The notes beneath the pieces were generated by a model. The model saw only the letters and a program-made list of their open reading frames with translations, was not told the origin of the DNA and made no database searches. From Bacteroidota bacterium (GTDB lineage Bacteria; Bacteroidota; Bacteroidia; Bacteroidales; ML635J-15), in the NCBI GenBank assembly GCA_029564465.1, contig JAKQPY010000154.1:10477-74476 (forward strand): DNA of 64,000 nt, in the 5' to 3' direction. The position numbers and the translations under genes are program-made. This document shows positions 10,701 through 19,792 of this stretch, piece by piece (the first letter of the stretch is position 1; each line of letters opens with the position of its first letter).

Positions 10701-11822
10701 ATGGGAAAAGTACAGGGCATAATAGCAGCCATATTCTATTTTTTGTTTTCGCTGAATGGCCATGCCCAGAAAAGCCACGAGCTACGCGCAGATATTATCA
10801 GCGGTGTGATAGCCCCTCATTACTCAGATATGGCAGTCCTCCGGCAAAGTCCGGTTCTCGGTGCAAGTTTACAGTATAGCTATTCACCGGAAGCACTCAA
10901 TGTATTTGACCATAGCTATAAGCGACCCGAATATGGTTTGGGTATCGAATTTATCAATCTGGGTAATCCCGAAATGCTGGGCAGTTCCAGTGCACTTTAC
11001 CTGCATTGGGGATTTCATGCAATTAAAAACGAAAAAATACGCTTGAAATTCTGGTTTGCACCGGGTATGGCATACGTTTCGAAAATTTACGGAATCGACA
11101 ATCCCGAGAATACAGCCATCAGCAACCACAACAACATCTATTTCAAATTGGCTTCAAGCTTTGCCTATTCTCTTAACAAAAACCTGAGCCTGACGACAAC
11201 AGCTTCAATTACCCATTACTCAAACGGGGCAACACGCTACCCCAACCGGGGATTGAACCAGCTGAATATTTCGCTGGGAGCAGCGTGGATTATTCAGCGA
11301 ATCTACGACAGTACAATACCCAAATCTTACCCTGAAAAAGGCTTTGAAGGCTGGCTTATTGGAACCGCAGGCCGCTGCGATTCCTATTCTACCGGAATCA
11401 ACAGCTCCGGTGTTCAGTTCTGGTGCAATACCATCACCCTGGGTGCAGCATACCGATACAGTTTTTGGGGGAAAGCAGGTATTTCGGTCGATGGAATTAT
11501 TAACCGCGCCGACCACCATTACTGGGATGTGAACTGGGACAAAATACTTCCTGTCCCGGATCAGACTTTTATGGATTATTTCAGAATTGGTTTGTGTGGA
11601 GGTCACGAGTTTTCTTACAAAAATTTCGGATTTCTTACTTATGCAGGGTTTTATGTGTACAGTAAGATTAAACCCTACGACTGGTCGTATTTCAGGACCG
11701 GATTCCGGTATTATATCAAGCCGGTTGTACTAAACCTGACACTGAAATCGGTCGGGTTCAAGGCACAGTATCTTGAGTTCGGCATTGGCTTGTACCTGAA
11801 CAATTATAAGAAGAAAGCCTAG
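10701..11822 (+). CDS. Outer-membrane acyloxyacyl hydrolase / lipid A deacylase (PagL)-like protein, about twice the usual length
   Basis: Signal peptide ending GHAQ. Beta-barrel-like alternating pattern and an ITHYSNG motif (the HxSN catalytic motif of the PagL family) in the first half. Confidence 0.6.
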   Translation: MGKVQGIIAAIFYFLFSLNGHAQKSHELRADIISGVIAPHYSDMAVLRQSPVLGASLQYSYSPEALNVFDHSYKRPEYGLGIEFINLGNPEMLGSSSALYLHWGFHAIKNEKIRLKFWFAPGMAYVSKIYGIDNPENTAISNHNNIYFKLASSFAYSLNKNLSLTTTASITHYSNGATRYPNRGLNQLNISLGAAWIIQRIYDSTIPKSYPEKGFEGWLIGTAGRCDSYSTGINSSGVQFWCNTITLGAAYRYSFWGKAGISVDGIINRADHHYWDVNWDKILPVPDQTFMDYFRIGLCGGHEFSYKNFGFLTYAGFYVYSKIKPYDWSYFRTGFRYYIKPVVLNLTLKSVGFKAQYLEFGIGLYLNNYKKKA

Positions 11823-11940
11823 CCTTTCAAAACAATCCGCAGGATTTCGATATTGGAATCGGGAATAGTTGCTCACAAAATTATTTTGTAATACCTCTAT
11901 CCAGGACGAGAAAATCCTGCGGATCTGAATTTGTTATAAT

Positions 11941-12348
11941 TTATTTTTGCAAGGTGTTGAACTTTTTCTGAGCCCATGGCGAAGCAAGCCGTTCAGCAGT
12001 TTTAATTGTCAATACATACGATTCATCGTCATGCTGCTGAGAATAATACATGTGTAAAGCCATGGCAATGGCTACCTGTGTTTCATCATCAGAAGAGATA
12101 ACTTGCACTTCGTTGGTTTCAATGGTTTCTACCTGTGATTTTGCGATGGGTTGAATCTCAGTTTTTTCAGCTGCTTGCTGCTTCGCCGCTTTATATTCCT
12201 TTCGGTTCAGAACCCGCTGAAATTGCCTGAGAACAATCGAAATTGTCCACAATGCAAGAGAAACCACCGAAATACCGGTGATGAAAATGGTTAACGCCTG
12301 CTCATCAACAGCCGATGGATTAAAAGTCATTGAAAGAAAATTCAACAT
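11941..12348 (-). CDS. OadG/MmdD-like small membrane protein (second copy, outside the mmd operon)
   Basis: N-terminal TM helix. Shares AIAMA(L/M)H, HDDES(Y/F)VL and ASPWA(Q/H)KKF with the in-operon gene 15336..15719. Confidence 0.7.
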   Translation of the reverse strand: MLNFLSMTFNPSAVDEQALTIFITGISVVSLALWTISIVLRQFQRVLNRKEYKAAKQQAAEKTEIQPIAKSQVETIETNEVQVISSDDETQVAIAMALHMYYSQQHDDESYVLTIKTAERLASPWAQKKFNTLQK

Positions 12349-12446
12349 AGTTTTAAATATTTTATTCGATTATTATACATTTTATTTATTCTCGACATGT
12401 CACATGTTTCGAGTTTAAAAATCCCGTTTGTTCTTTGAAATTTCAA

Positions 12447-12584
12447 TTACAAGAACACTTTAACCACAACCACTGCGATTACAAAAATCACGATAAAAAC
12501 CACCAGCAGGGTTTTCGATATATTATCCATGGGCTCTTTATCATCCTTGCCCATACGGGGTTCTCCATATTTTTTATTTTCCAT
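12447..12584 (-). CDS. Possible 45-aa single-TM micropeptide (not in the ORF track)
   Basis: ATG..TAA read by hand: MENKKYGEPRMGKDDKEPMDNISKTLLVVFIVIFVIAVVVVKVFL. Polar N-terminus plus one hydrophobic helix; lies between two same-strand genes. Confidence 0.3.
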   Translation of the reverse strand: MENKKYGEPRMGKDDKEPMDNISKTLLVVFIVIFVIAVVVVKVFL

Positions 12585-12717
12585 AATTCATTTTTTTAAT
12601 GTGATATAATATCTTATGCTTACCAATTTACCTCCCATAAATTATTGGGCGGAACAGTAAATACGCATAATGCTTTCGCCCTTTCGGACAAAAGACACTT
12701 AAAAACAACCGGATGAA

Positions 12718-13077
12718 TTATGACAGTGGAGGGCCACGCTTTTCGTTAACCGAAAAGTAATTGCTTTGGGTAAAAACAGATTTGGGAATAGCTACATTGT
12801 GCAAATAGAATGATAAAAATGTGCTATATTCAGGGTTGAACGAGATAAAACAGGCGTGCATTACCCGTTGAGGAGTCTGTTTTATCTGGTGCAGGTCGTT
12901 CGAAACAGGAAGTTTGGTTGGGTGGAACAGATTGTATGCCAACAACAAATCTTTGGGTAAAATTGACGGCTCCGACTCGTGGAACAAGATTACTTCAGAC
13001 TGCGCAAACTGATTTGCCCATAGTCCCGAAAAGGCAAAATTCAGAACAAAAAACAGTATGAATGCCAAACGCTTCAT
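12718..13077 (-). CDS. Hypothetical secreted protein
   Basis: Internal ATG gives signal peptide MKRLAFILFFVLNFAFSGLWA. No recognisable domain. Confidence 0.5.
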   Translation of the reverse strand: MKRLAFILFFVLNFAFSGLWANQFAQSEVILFHESEPSILPKDLLLAYNLFHPTKLPVSNDLHQIKQTPQRVMHACFISFNPEYSTFLSFYLHNVAIPKSVFTQSNYFSVNEKRGPPLS

Positions 13078-13176
13078 AGTGCAAAGTAAGCAAAAAAATG
13101 GTTTCCCGAAAATGTTATTTGATATGCAATTTCGCGCTACCAATTCTCTATCCATATTTTATATCCGGAGTACAAT

Positions 13177-13206
13177 AAAAAAAGCCTGCGTTCAACAGGC
13201 TTTTTT
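13177..13206 (-). terminator. Rho-independent terminator after mmdB (hairpin flanked by A and T runs, could act bidirectionally)
   Basis: aaaaaaAGCCTGcgttcaaCAGGCTttttt, located 18 nt downstream of the mmdB stop. Confidence 0.7.
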
Positions 13207-13223
13207 AAGGTCAAATATGATTT

Positions 13224-14867
13224 TTACAATAAGAAACTCAGCAAAATACCCGCAGCAATAGCTGATCCGATTACTCCGGCTACATTGGGTCCCATGGCAT
13301 GCATCAGAAGGTAGTTGGTACGGTCAGCTTTTAGACCCATATCGTGAACCACACGGGCACTGTCGGGAACTGCCGAAACACCGGCGGCACCAACCATTGG
13401 ATTTATCGGATCATCTTTAGGCGACAGCCAATTCATCACTTTTGCCACCATAACCCCACCTGCAGTAGCAAACATAAACGAAAGTGCACCCAGTCCAAAA
13501 ATCAGAATAGAACTGGAGGTGAGGAAAACATCCGCCTGAGTTGAGGCACCCACCGAAACACCCACAAGAATAGTAATGGTATCGAGCAGTGCATTACCTG
13601 CTGAATCAGCCAATCGTCGGGTAACTCCGCTCTCTTTAAGCAGGTTCCCCAGGAAGAGCATTCCGAGTAGTGGCAGTGACGTAGGTGTAAGATATGCGGT
13701 AAGCAGAAGTCCAATTATCGGGAAAAGGATTTTCTCGAGTTTCGAAACCTGTCGTGGATCTTTCATCTTGATTTTACGCTCACGCTTCGAAGTAAGCAGC
13801 AGAATCACCGGCGGCTGAATCACAGGAACAAGGGCCATATAGGAATATGCGGCAATGGCAATCGGACCAATCAGGTTTTTGGCTATAATGGGATCACCCG
13901 CCGCAGTATAGCCCAGAATATTCACCCCGTTGGCCAGCTTTGACGCAGTAAAAATAGATGTTGGTCCGTCGGCACCACCAATGATGCCAATTGCACCGGC
14001 CTCGGCAGGATGGAAACCCACCATAAGGGCAAGGATAAATACTGCAAAAATACCAAATTGGGCAGCAGCACCCAGCAACATCAGTTTCGGCTTCGAAATA
14101 AGAGCCGAAAAATCGGTAATAGCTCCTAAGCCTAAGAAAATCAATGGAGGATACCAGCCATTGATAACCCCGCCATAGATAAAGTTCATCACCGATCCGG
14201 GTTCATATACACCGAGTCCCAGATTGAAGTCAACGGCCTGAAACATTGGGATATTACCGATAATTACACCGAAACCTATGGGCACCAATAACAGTGGTTC
14301 GTAATGATACTTAATAGCAAGGAAAATAAAAAACAAACCGACCAGCAACATAATTCCATGACCCCAGGTGGCATTGGCGAATCCGGTATATTCCCAAAAA
14401 GTTTTCATGCCAATATAAGCCCCGGAATGCTGTTCATATTGCAATTTATCGCTCAATTGCAAAATCTCATTTGAAATTTTTCCATGCCGCGGGCACAGTT
14501 TCACGGTGTCATACTTAAGATTATAACCGGTAGAGGCTGTGCCCAGTTTTTTGCCATAGTGAACCGTGGCTTTGGGTAAAAATTCCATGAAAATGGTATC
14601 GTTTCTCACCGACCAGAATCCCTGATAGGTTTGCTTTGCTGAGTCCATCTCGAAGGTTCCGTCTTCGTTAAATTCGATTGATTTCAATCGAGTGGTAACC
14701 CTGGCTTTTTCGCCCGCTTTAGGCTTTATCGGGGTAGCAAAGTACCCATCCGATTCGTTCATCCATTTGCCACTGAGCAATACCTTCTTTACGTCTTCAT
14801 CGCCGGCTTTGGCAAACGAAAACAACAAAGGAAGAGCCAGCAACAGTAATAATATTTTTTTCATCAT
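13224..14867 (-). CDS. mmdB: Na+-translocating decarboxylase beta subunit with a ~165-aa N-terminal extension
   Basis: Polytopic C-terminal ~380 aa with the OadB-type segment PMVGAAGVSAVPDSARVV. The N-terminus has a signal-like MMKKILLLLLALPLLFSFAKA plus a soluble domain. Confidence 0.85.
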   Translation of the reverse strand: MMKKILLLLLALPLLFSFAKAGDEDVKKVLLSGKWMNESDGYFATPIKPKAGEKARVTTRLKSIEFNEDGTFEMDSAKQTYQGFWSVRNDTIFMEFLPKATVHYGKKLGTASTGYNLKYDTVKLCPRHGKISNEILQLSDKLQYEQHSGAYIGMKTFWEYTGFANATWGHGIMLLVGLFFIFLAIKYHYEPLLLVPIGFGVIIGNIPMFQAVDFNLGLGVYEPGSVMNFIYGGVINGWYPPLIFLGLGAITDFSALISKPKLMLLGAAAQFGIFAVFILALMVGFHPAEAGAIGIIGGADGPTSIFTASKLANGVNILGYTAAGDPIIAKNLIGPIAIAAYSYMALVPVIQPPVILLLTSKRERKIKMKDPRQVSKLEKILFPIIGLLLTAYLTPTSLPLLGMLFLGNLLKESGVTRRLADSAGNALLDTITILVGVSVGASTQADVFLTSSSILIFGLGALSFMFATAGGVMVAKVMNWLSPKDDPINPMVGAAGVSAVPDSARVVHDMGLKADRTNYLLMHAMGPNVAGVIGSAIAAGILLSFLL

Positions 14868-14881
14868 TTAAATCTGTTAAA

Positions 14882-15322
14882 TTAGGCAATTTCGACCAAA
14901 ACATCGTTCTGCATTACAGCCTGACCCTTGGATACTTTGACAGAACTTATCGTTCCATCAAACTCGGTCAAGATGTTATTTTCCATTTTCATGGCTTCCA
15001 TCACCAGCAATATATCTCCTTTTTTTACGATATCCCCTTCTTTTACTTTCATCTCGAGAATAAGACCTGGAAGCGGCGACATTACCGGTTTTCCTTTACC
15101 TGCTGCTTTTGGCTCGGCTACTGTTTTTGCGACTGCAGGTTCTGTTGCTTTTGGTTTAGCAGCAGGACTAATCACCGGTTTTGGTTTAGGAGCTTCAACT
15201 TCCGACAAAACTTCAACCCGGTGAGTCTGGCCGTTTACAATTACCTCAGCCATGCTGTCTTCGATGGCCCCAACACTTACTTCGTAAAGGTTTCCGTTAA
15301 TTTTAAACTTAAAATCTTTCAT
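14882..15322 (-). CDS. mmdC: Biotin carboxyl carrier subunit
   Basis: Biotinylation motif VMEAMKMEN and an Ala/Pro/Lys-rich linker. Start taken at MKDFKFKING (the track ORF extends to 15397). Confidence 0.85.
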   Translation of the reverse strand: MKDFKFKINGNLYEVSVGAIEDSMAEVIVNGQTHRVEVLSEVEAPKPKPVISPAAKPKATEPAVAKTVAEPKAAGKGKPVMSPLPGLILEMKVKEGDIVKKGDILLVMEAMKMENNILTEFDGTISSVKVSKGQAVMQNDVLVEIA

Positions 15323-15335
15323 CTTCAATATTTTA

Positions 15336-15719
15336 TTAATTCTTGAATACATCAAATTTCTTATGTGCCCAGGGCGAGGCAACCCGCTCGTGAACATTTA
15401 TTCCAAGCACAAACGATTCATCATCATGGTGCTCGTTAAAGCAGAGGTGCATTGCCATTGCAATAGCGATGCGCGTGTCGTCTTCGGTAGATACAACAGG
15501 AGTAGTATCTGGCACGGGTTGCTGTCCGGTCTGGTTTTGTTTGGCCAAAAGTTTTGCGGCTTTTCTTTCCTTACGCGTCAGTACATTTTGAAACTGTTTT
15601 AAAATTACTGCGATTGCATAAAGTGCAATAAAGACTACAATAATTCCTGTCAGGAAAATAGTCCAGGCTTGCTCATCTATGGCAGAGGTGTCGAACGAAA
15701 TTGCATTAATTATCCACAT
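15336..15719 (-). CDS. mmdD: OadG-like delta subunit of methylmalonyl-CoA decarboxylase
   Basis: N-terminal TM helix. Sits between the carboxyltransferase and the biotin carrier, as in the Veillonella mmdA-D-(E)-C-B order. Confidence 0.75.
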   Translation of the reverse strand: MWIINAISFDTSAIDEQAWTIFLTGIIVVFIALYAIAVILKQFQNVLTRKERKAAKLLAKQNQTGQQPVPDTTPVVSTEDDTRIAIAMAMHLCFNEHHDDESFVLGINVHERVASPWAHKKFDVFKN

Positions 15720-15728
15720 AAGCCTATA

Positions 15729-17288
15729 TTATAAAGGTATATTACAATGTTTCTTTGCGGGGCGGCTGTCGCGCTTGCTGGCAAGCGAAGCCAAAGCCCT
15801 GATAATGCGGAAACGCGTATTGCGCGGTTCAATTACATCATCAATAAAACCATATTTGGCAGCCTGATAGGGATTGGCAAACTTGTCGCGGTATTCGGCT
15901 TCCTTTTCGGCCATAAACTGAGCTTTTTCTTCGGGTGATGCAAGATTTTTCAGTTCTTTGAACATCAACACTTCGATAGCTCCCTGAGCACCCATAACTG
16001 CAATCTCGGCAGATGGCCAGGCATAATTCAAATCGCTTTTCAGTTGCTTGCAGGCCATTACATCGTGTGCACCTCCGTATGATTTACGAAGAGTAACAGT
16101 AACCTTAGGAACGGTTGCTTCACCATAGGCAAACATCAGTTTTGCACCGTTGGTAATAATACCGCCATATTCCTGTACCGAACCCGGCATAAATCCGGGA
16201 ACGTCAACCAGGGTAACCAGTGGAATATTGAAAGCATCGCAGAAACGAACGAAGCGAGCTCCCTTTTTCGATGAGTCCACGTCGAGCACACCGGCAAGAA
16301 ACGCAGGCTGATTGGCAACAATACCCACCGATTGTCCGTTGAAACGGGCAAAACCCACCACCAGATTGCGTGCATAGTCTTTATGTACTTCGAGGAAGTC
16401 GCCATCGTCAACAATCAGGTGGATGATATCGAGCACATTGTATGGTTTGTTCGGATTTTCAGGTACAATAGTGTTCAACCTGTCGTCAACCCTGTCGATG
16501 GGATCAGTGCATTCAACCATCGGCGTAGTTTCCATGTTGTTTTGTGGCATGAACGAAAGCAGTTTACGCAGGGTGGCTATGCCCTCTTCCTCGTTTGCCG
16601 AAGTGAAGTGGGTAACACCAGATTTTACAGCATGTACTTTTGCACCACCCAGATCTTCGACGGTGATATCTTCGCCGGTAACCGTTTTGGTCACTTTGGG
16701 ACCGGTTACAAACATGTAACTGTTGTCTTCAGTCATCAGAATATAATCGGTCAGTGCAGGAGAGTACACCGCTCCACCGGCACAGGGTCCGAAAATGGCG
16801 GATAACTGGGGAATAACTCCCGAGGCTTCGATGTTTCGCTGAAATATTTCGGCATAGCCAGCCAGACTCTGAACGCCTTCCTGAATACGCGCACCGCCTG
16901 AGTCATTAAGTCCGATAACAGGAGCACCCACCTTCATGGCCATGTCCATAATCTTACAGATTTTTTTTGCAAAAGTTTCGGAGAGAGACCCGCCAAAAAC
17001 CGTAAAATCCTGCGAAAACACATACACCAATCTCCCGTCGATAGTACCGTAACCGGTTATAACACCATCACCCAGATAAGTTTCCTTTTCGAGACCGAAA
17101 TCAACGCAACGGTGTGTTACGAACATGTCGAATTCTTCGAAACTACCCGGATCAAGCAGTAATTCGATGCGCTCACGTGCAGTGAGTTTTCCTTTGTCGT
17201 GCTGGGCTTGTATGCGTTTTTCGCCACCACCAAGTCTGGCCTCGGCACGCTTTGCTACAAGCTCTCCAATTTTGTTTTCAATTGCCAT
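15729..17288 (-). CDS. mmdA: Methylmalonyl-CoA carboxyltransferase (decarboxylase alpha subunit / propionyl-CoA carboxylase beta-chain family)
   Basis: 519 aa, colinear with acyl-CoA carboxyltransferases ([30 protein letters not shown], and the second CT domain). Confidence 0.9.
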   Translation of the reverse strand: MAIENKIGELVAKRAEARLGGGEKRIQAQHDKGKLTARERIELLLDPGSFEEFDMFVTHRCVDFGLEKETYLGDGVITGYGTIDGRLVYVFSQDFTVFGGSLSETFAKKICKIMDMAMKVGAPVIGLNDSGGARIQEGVQSLAGYAEIFQRNIEASGVIPQLSAIFGPCAGGAVYSPALTDYILMTEDNSYMFVTGPKVTKTVTGEDITVEDLGGAKVHAVKSGVTHFTSANEEEGIATLRKLLSFMPQNNMETTPMVECTDPIDRVDDRLNTIVPENPNKPYNVLDIIHLIVDDGDFLEVHKDYARNLVVGFARFNGQSVGIVANQPAFLAGVLDVDSSKKGARFVRFCDAFNIPLVTLVDVPGFMPGSVQEYGGIITNGAKLMFAYGEATVPKVTVTLRKSYGGAHDVMACKQLKSDLNYAWPSAEIAVMGAQGAIEVLMFKELKNLASPEEKAQFMAEKEAEYRDKFANPYQAAKYGFIDDVIEPRNTRFRIIRALASLASKRDSRPAKKHCNIPL

Positions 17289-17311
17289 TTTTAAAATCTT
17301 ATAATTACGTA

Positions 17312-17728
17312 TTATTTTATTTCTGCAGCATGTCCGCAGAATTCTGTCAAAACACTACAGGTCGATTTCGGATGCAAAAATCCGATATGAAGACCTTCGG
17401 CACCCTTGCGCGGTGCTTTATCGATAAGGGTAACTCCTTTTGCTTCGGTTTCCGACAATGCAGCCGCAATATCATCCACGGCAAAGGCAATATGGTGAAT
17501 TCCTTCCCCTTTTTTCTCGATGAATTTTGCTACTGTGCTTTCGGGATCGGTAGGTTCAAGCAATTCGATTTTTGTCTGGCCAACCATAAAAAATGCCGTT
17601 TTTACTTTCTGATCACGGACTTCTTCTACGGCATAACATTTGAGGCCAAGTACGCCCTCGTAATAAGGCAGGCATGCTTCAATACTATTTACAGCAATGC
17701 CAATGTGCTCGATGTGGGAGATTTTCAT
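17312..17728 (-). CDS. mce: Methylmalonyl-CoA epimerase (VOC/glyoxalase fold)
   Basis: [13 protein letters not shown]...[12 protein letters not shown]. Start at the internal ATG (the track ORF extends to 17899 through AT-rich non-coding-looking sequence). First gene of the mmd operon. Confidence 0.85.
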   Translation of the reverse strand: MKISHIEHIGIAVNSIEACLPYYEGVLGLKCYAVEEVRDQKVKTAFFMVGQTKIELLEPTDPESTVAKFIEKKGEGIHHIAFAVDDIAAALSETEAKGVTLIDKAPRKGAEGLHIGFLHPKSTCSVLTEFCGHAAEIK

Positions 17729-17917
17729 TTTTTTTTGAAATTTCGTCGCAAATATACATATTCTGAAAAGGTTTAATTCTTTTTTCATTAAAAAATGAGC
17801 TTTGATTTTTATGTTCTTTAAAACAATTTTAAATTCGCCGTTCAGAGTCAGAAAGTTTTTTATTTGAAACAGACAACTCATTATTAATTTTACCGTCAAT
17901 ACATCGAAAAGGGTAAT

Positions 17918-18505
17918 ATGGATCTGAACAGCAGGGATAATGCGGAAAGAATCTTAGACGGCTGCATCAGGGGCGATTCCAAATGCCAGCAGATTCTCTA
18001 CGAGAGCCTGTATCGCAGAATGCTTGGGGTCTGCCTTCGGTACGCATCGTGTAACGAAGAAGCCAAAGACCTGTTGCATGATGGGTTCATTAAGGTCTTT
18101 GAAAAACTGAAATACTTTAAGCACAGCGGTTCGCTCGAAGGCTGGATCAGAAAAATTATTGTTAATAATGCCATCGACAACCTTCGGAAACATCGTTCGG
18201 AGTTTCTTGAATACGAAGGCGAAAACAAGTTTGAAAGGCTCGAAGATCAATCGGATGACGAAATCAATCAAATGAAACTTGCCAACCTGAAAGCCGAAAG
18301 AATTATCGAACTTATTCAGACCCTTTCCCCCGCTTACAAAGCTGTGTTTAACCTGTATGTGATCGAAGAATATTCACACAAAGAAATTGCTGAAATGCTG
18401 GGTATAAGTGTTGGGACATCGAAATCGAATCTGGCTAAGGCAAAATTGAGATTAAAACAAATGTATGTCGAAAAATATAGTCATGTTGAAAATGAAACAG
18501 TTTGA
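17918..18505 (+). CDS. ECF-type RNA polymerase sigma-70 factor
   Basis: Region 2 (DLLHDGFIKVF..W) and region 4 HTH (YSHKEIAEMLGISVGTSKSNLAKAK). Confidence 0.9.
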   Translation: MDLNSRDNAERILDGCIRGDSKCQQILYESLYRRMLGVCLRYASCNEEAKDLLHDGFIKVFEKLKYFKHSGSLEGWIRKIIVNNAIDNLRKHRSEFLEYEGENKFERLEDQSDDEINQMKLANLKAERIIELIQTLSPAYKAVFNLYVIEEYSHKEIAEMLGISVGTSKSNLAKAKLRLKQMYVEKYSHVENETV

Positions 18506-19775
18506 CCAAATTATTAAAGATAAACTAAAAGACTTCGATGCTCCGGAGAATCCGGCAGCATGGGAAGAATTTAGCCATAAAATTCCATCCGGAGGAAAGT
18601 TTTCTTCAGGTAAAATTTGGATTTCAGGGCTGGCAGGCCTGTTGCTTATTGCCCTGATAACAGGTAGCATTTTGCTTTGGGAAAACTCCAAACAAAATCA
18701 ACCCAATCAATTAAAATCCGATGAAATTCAAATAAGCGAAAACAGCACAAATACAAACACAAATACGATCAGCAGCGATAAAGTTATCACTGGGAACAAC
18801 AATCAAAACCCAGGTGTTACAGAGAACACTATTGATAATCCGATAAATTCATCGACTCAGGCAACTCTGACAAATTATGTATCGACCGAAAAAACGACTG
18901 ATTTGCAGGAAATGCCGAACATCAACTCCGGGACAAAAACAGACGACAATAATCAAAACCAAAACAATACAACTGCCAACAATAATCAGGAAACATCAGG
19001 TAATTACACAATTGAAAATATAGTTGTAAATTATAATGTACTCGAAATCTGCATTCCGGCCTTGGTATCCTTCGAAATTAAACGAGTTCCAACCAACTAT
19101 ACCTATTGCTGGAATACCGGAAACAACAAGGTCTGGAATCAAGCTGTCGTTGAAAATTATTACCCTGAACCGGGAAATTACAGTTCAAGTCTTGAGATTT
19201 ACGATCCATCGGGGAATATGGTAAAAAGAGTCTATTTGAATGACTTCACTGTTTATCCTTCACCAAAAGCAAATATTTCTTTTGAAAATAAAAATAATTT
19301 ATATACATTTAGCAGTTTATCAGAAAACAGTTTATCAAGCATCTGGAGTGTTGATAATCAGGTTTTTACACAAAGTTCTTTGGAATATATTTTCGAAAAA
19401 GATGGGAGTTACATTGTAAAGTTGATGGTTAAAAATGAAGCTGGTTGTAGCGATGAAGCTTACAAAAAGATAGATATCGTAATTGAGCACGACTATTTTG
19501 TTCCAAATGCATTCAAGCCATACAGCGACGGTGTAAATTCAACATTTGGACCAATTGGTGAAAATTTATTTGAATATTCATTTAAAATGTTTATTTTTGA
19601 TAAAACCGGAACCATGATTTTTGAAACCAATAATATCGACAATCTCTGGAACGGGAAAATAAACGGCTCAGGTGTTATGGCAGAACCCGGCGTATATACG
19701 TGGGAAATAATGACAGTGGATAAATATGGTACAAAAAAGCATAAAAAAGGACAGGTAACATTACTGAAAAACTAA
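18483..19775 (+). CDS. Anti-sigma-like single-TM protein ending in a type B T9SS (gliding-motility-associated) C-terminal domain
   Basis: Overlaps the sigma gene stop (alternative starts 18465, 18483, 18492). Short N-terminus plus TM helix ISGLAGLLLIALITGSILLW, then a low-complexity N/T/Q linker. C-terminus YFVPNAFKPYSDGVNSTFGP...GVYTWEI matches the type B CTD pattern. Confidence 0.75.
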   Translation: MLKMKQFDQIIKDKLKDFDAPENPAAWEEFSHKIPSGGKFSSGKIWISGLAGLLLIALITGSILLWENSKQNQPNQLKSDEIQISENSTNTNTNTISSDKVITGNNNQNPGVTENTIDNPINSSTQATLTNYVSTEKTTDLQEMPNINSGTKTDDNNQNQNNTTANNNQETSGNYTIENIVVNYNVLEICIPALVSFEIKRVPTNYTYCWNTGNNKVWNQAVVENYYPEPGNYSSSLEIYDPSGNMVKRVYLNDFTVYPSPKANISFENKNNLYTFSSLSENSLSSIWSVDNQVFTQSSLEYIFEKDGSYIVKLMVKNEAGCSDEAYKKIDIVIEHDYFVPNAFKPYSDGVNSTFGPIGENLFEYSFKMFIFDKTGTMIFETNNIDNLWNGKINGSGVMAEPGVYTWEIMTVDKYGTKKHKKGQVTLLKN

Positions 19776-19792
19776 CTAAAACTAAATAAACT

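Noticed and set aside
17729-17899. N-terminal extensions of track ORFs (17899 for mce, 5797 for M43, 15397 for mmdC, 13155, 44020, 47847, 48921, 56509).
   Set aside because: Internal ATGs give canonical N-termini (signal peptides, lipoboxes or conserved family starts) and remove overlaps with neighbouring genes. The extensions run through AT-rich non-coding-looking sequence.
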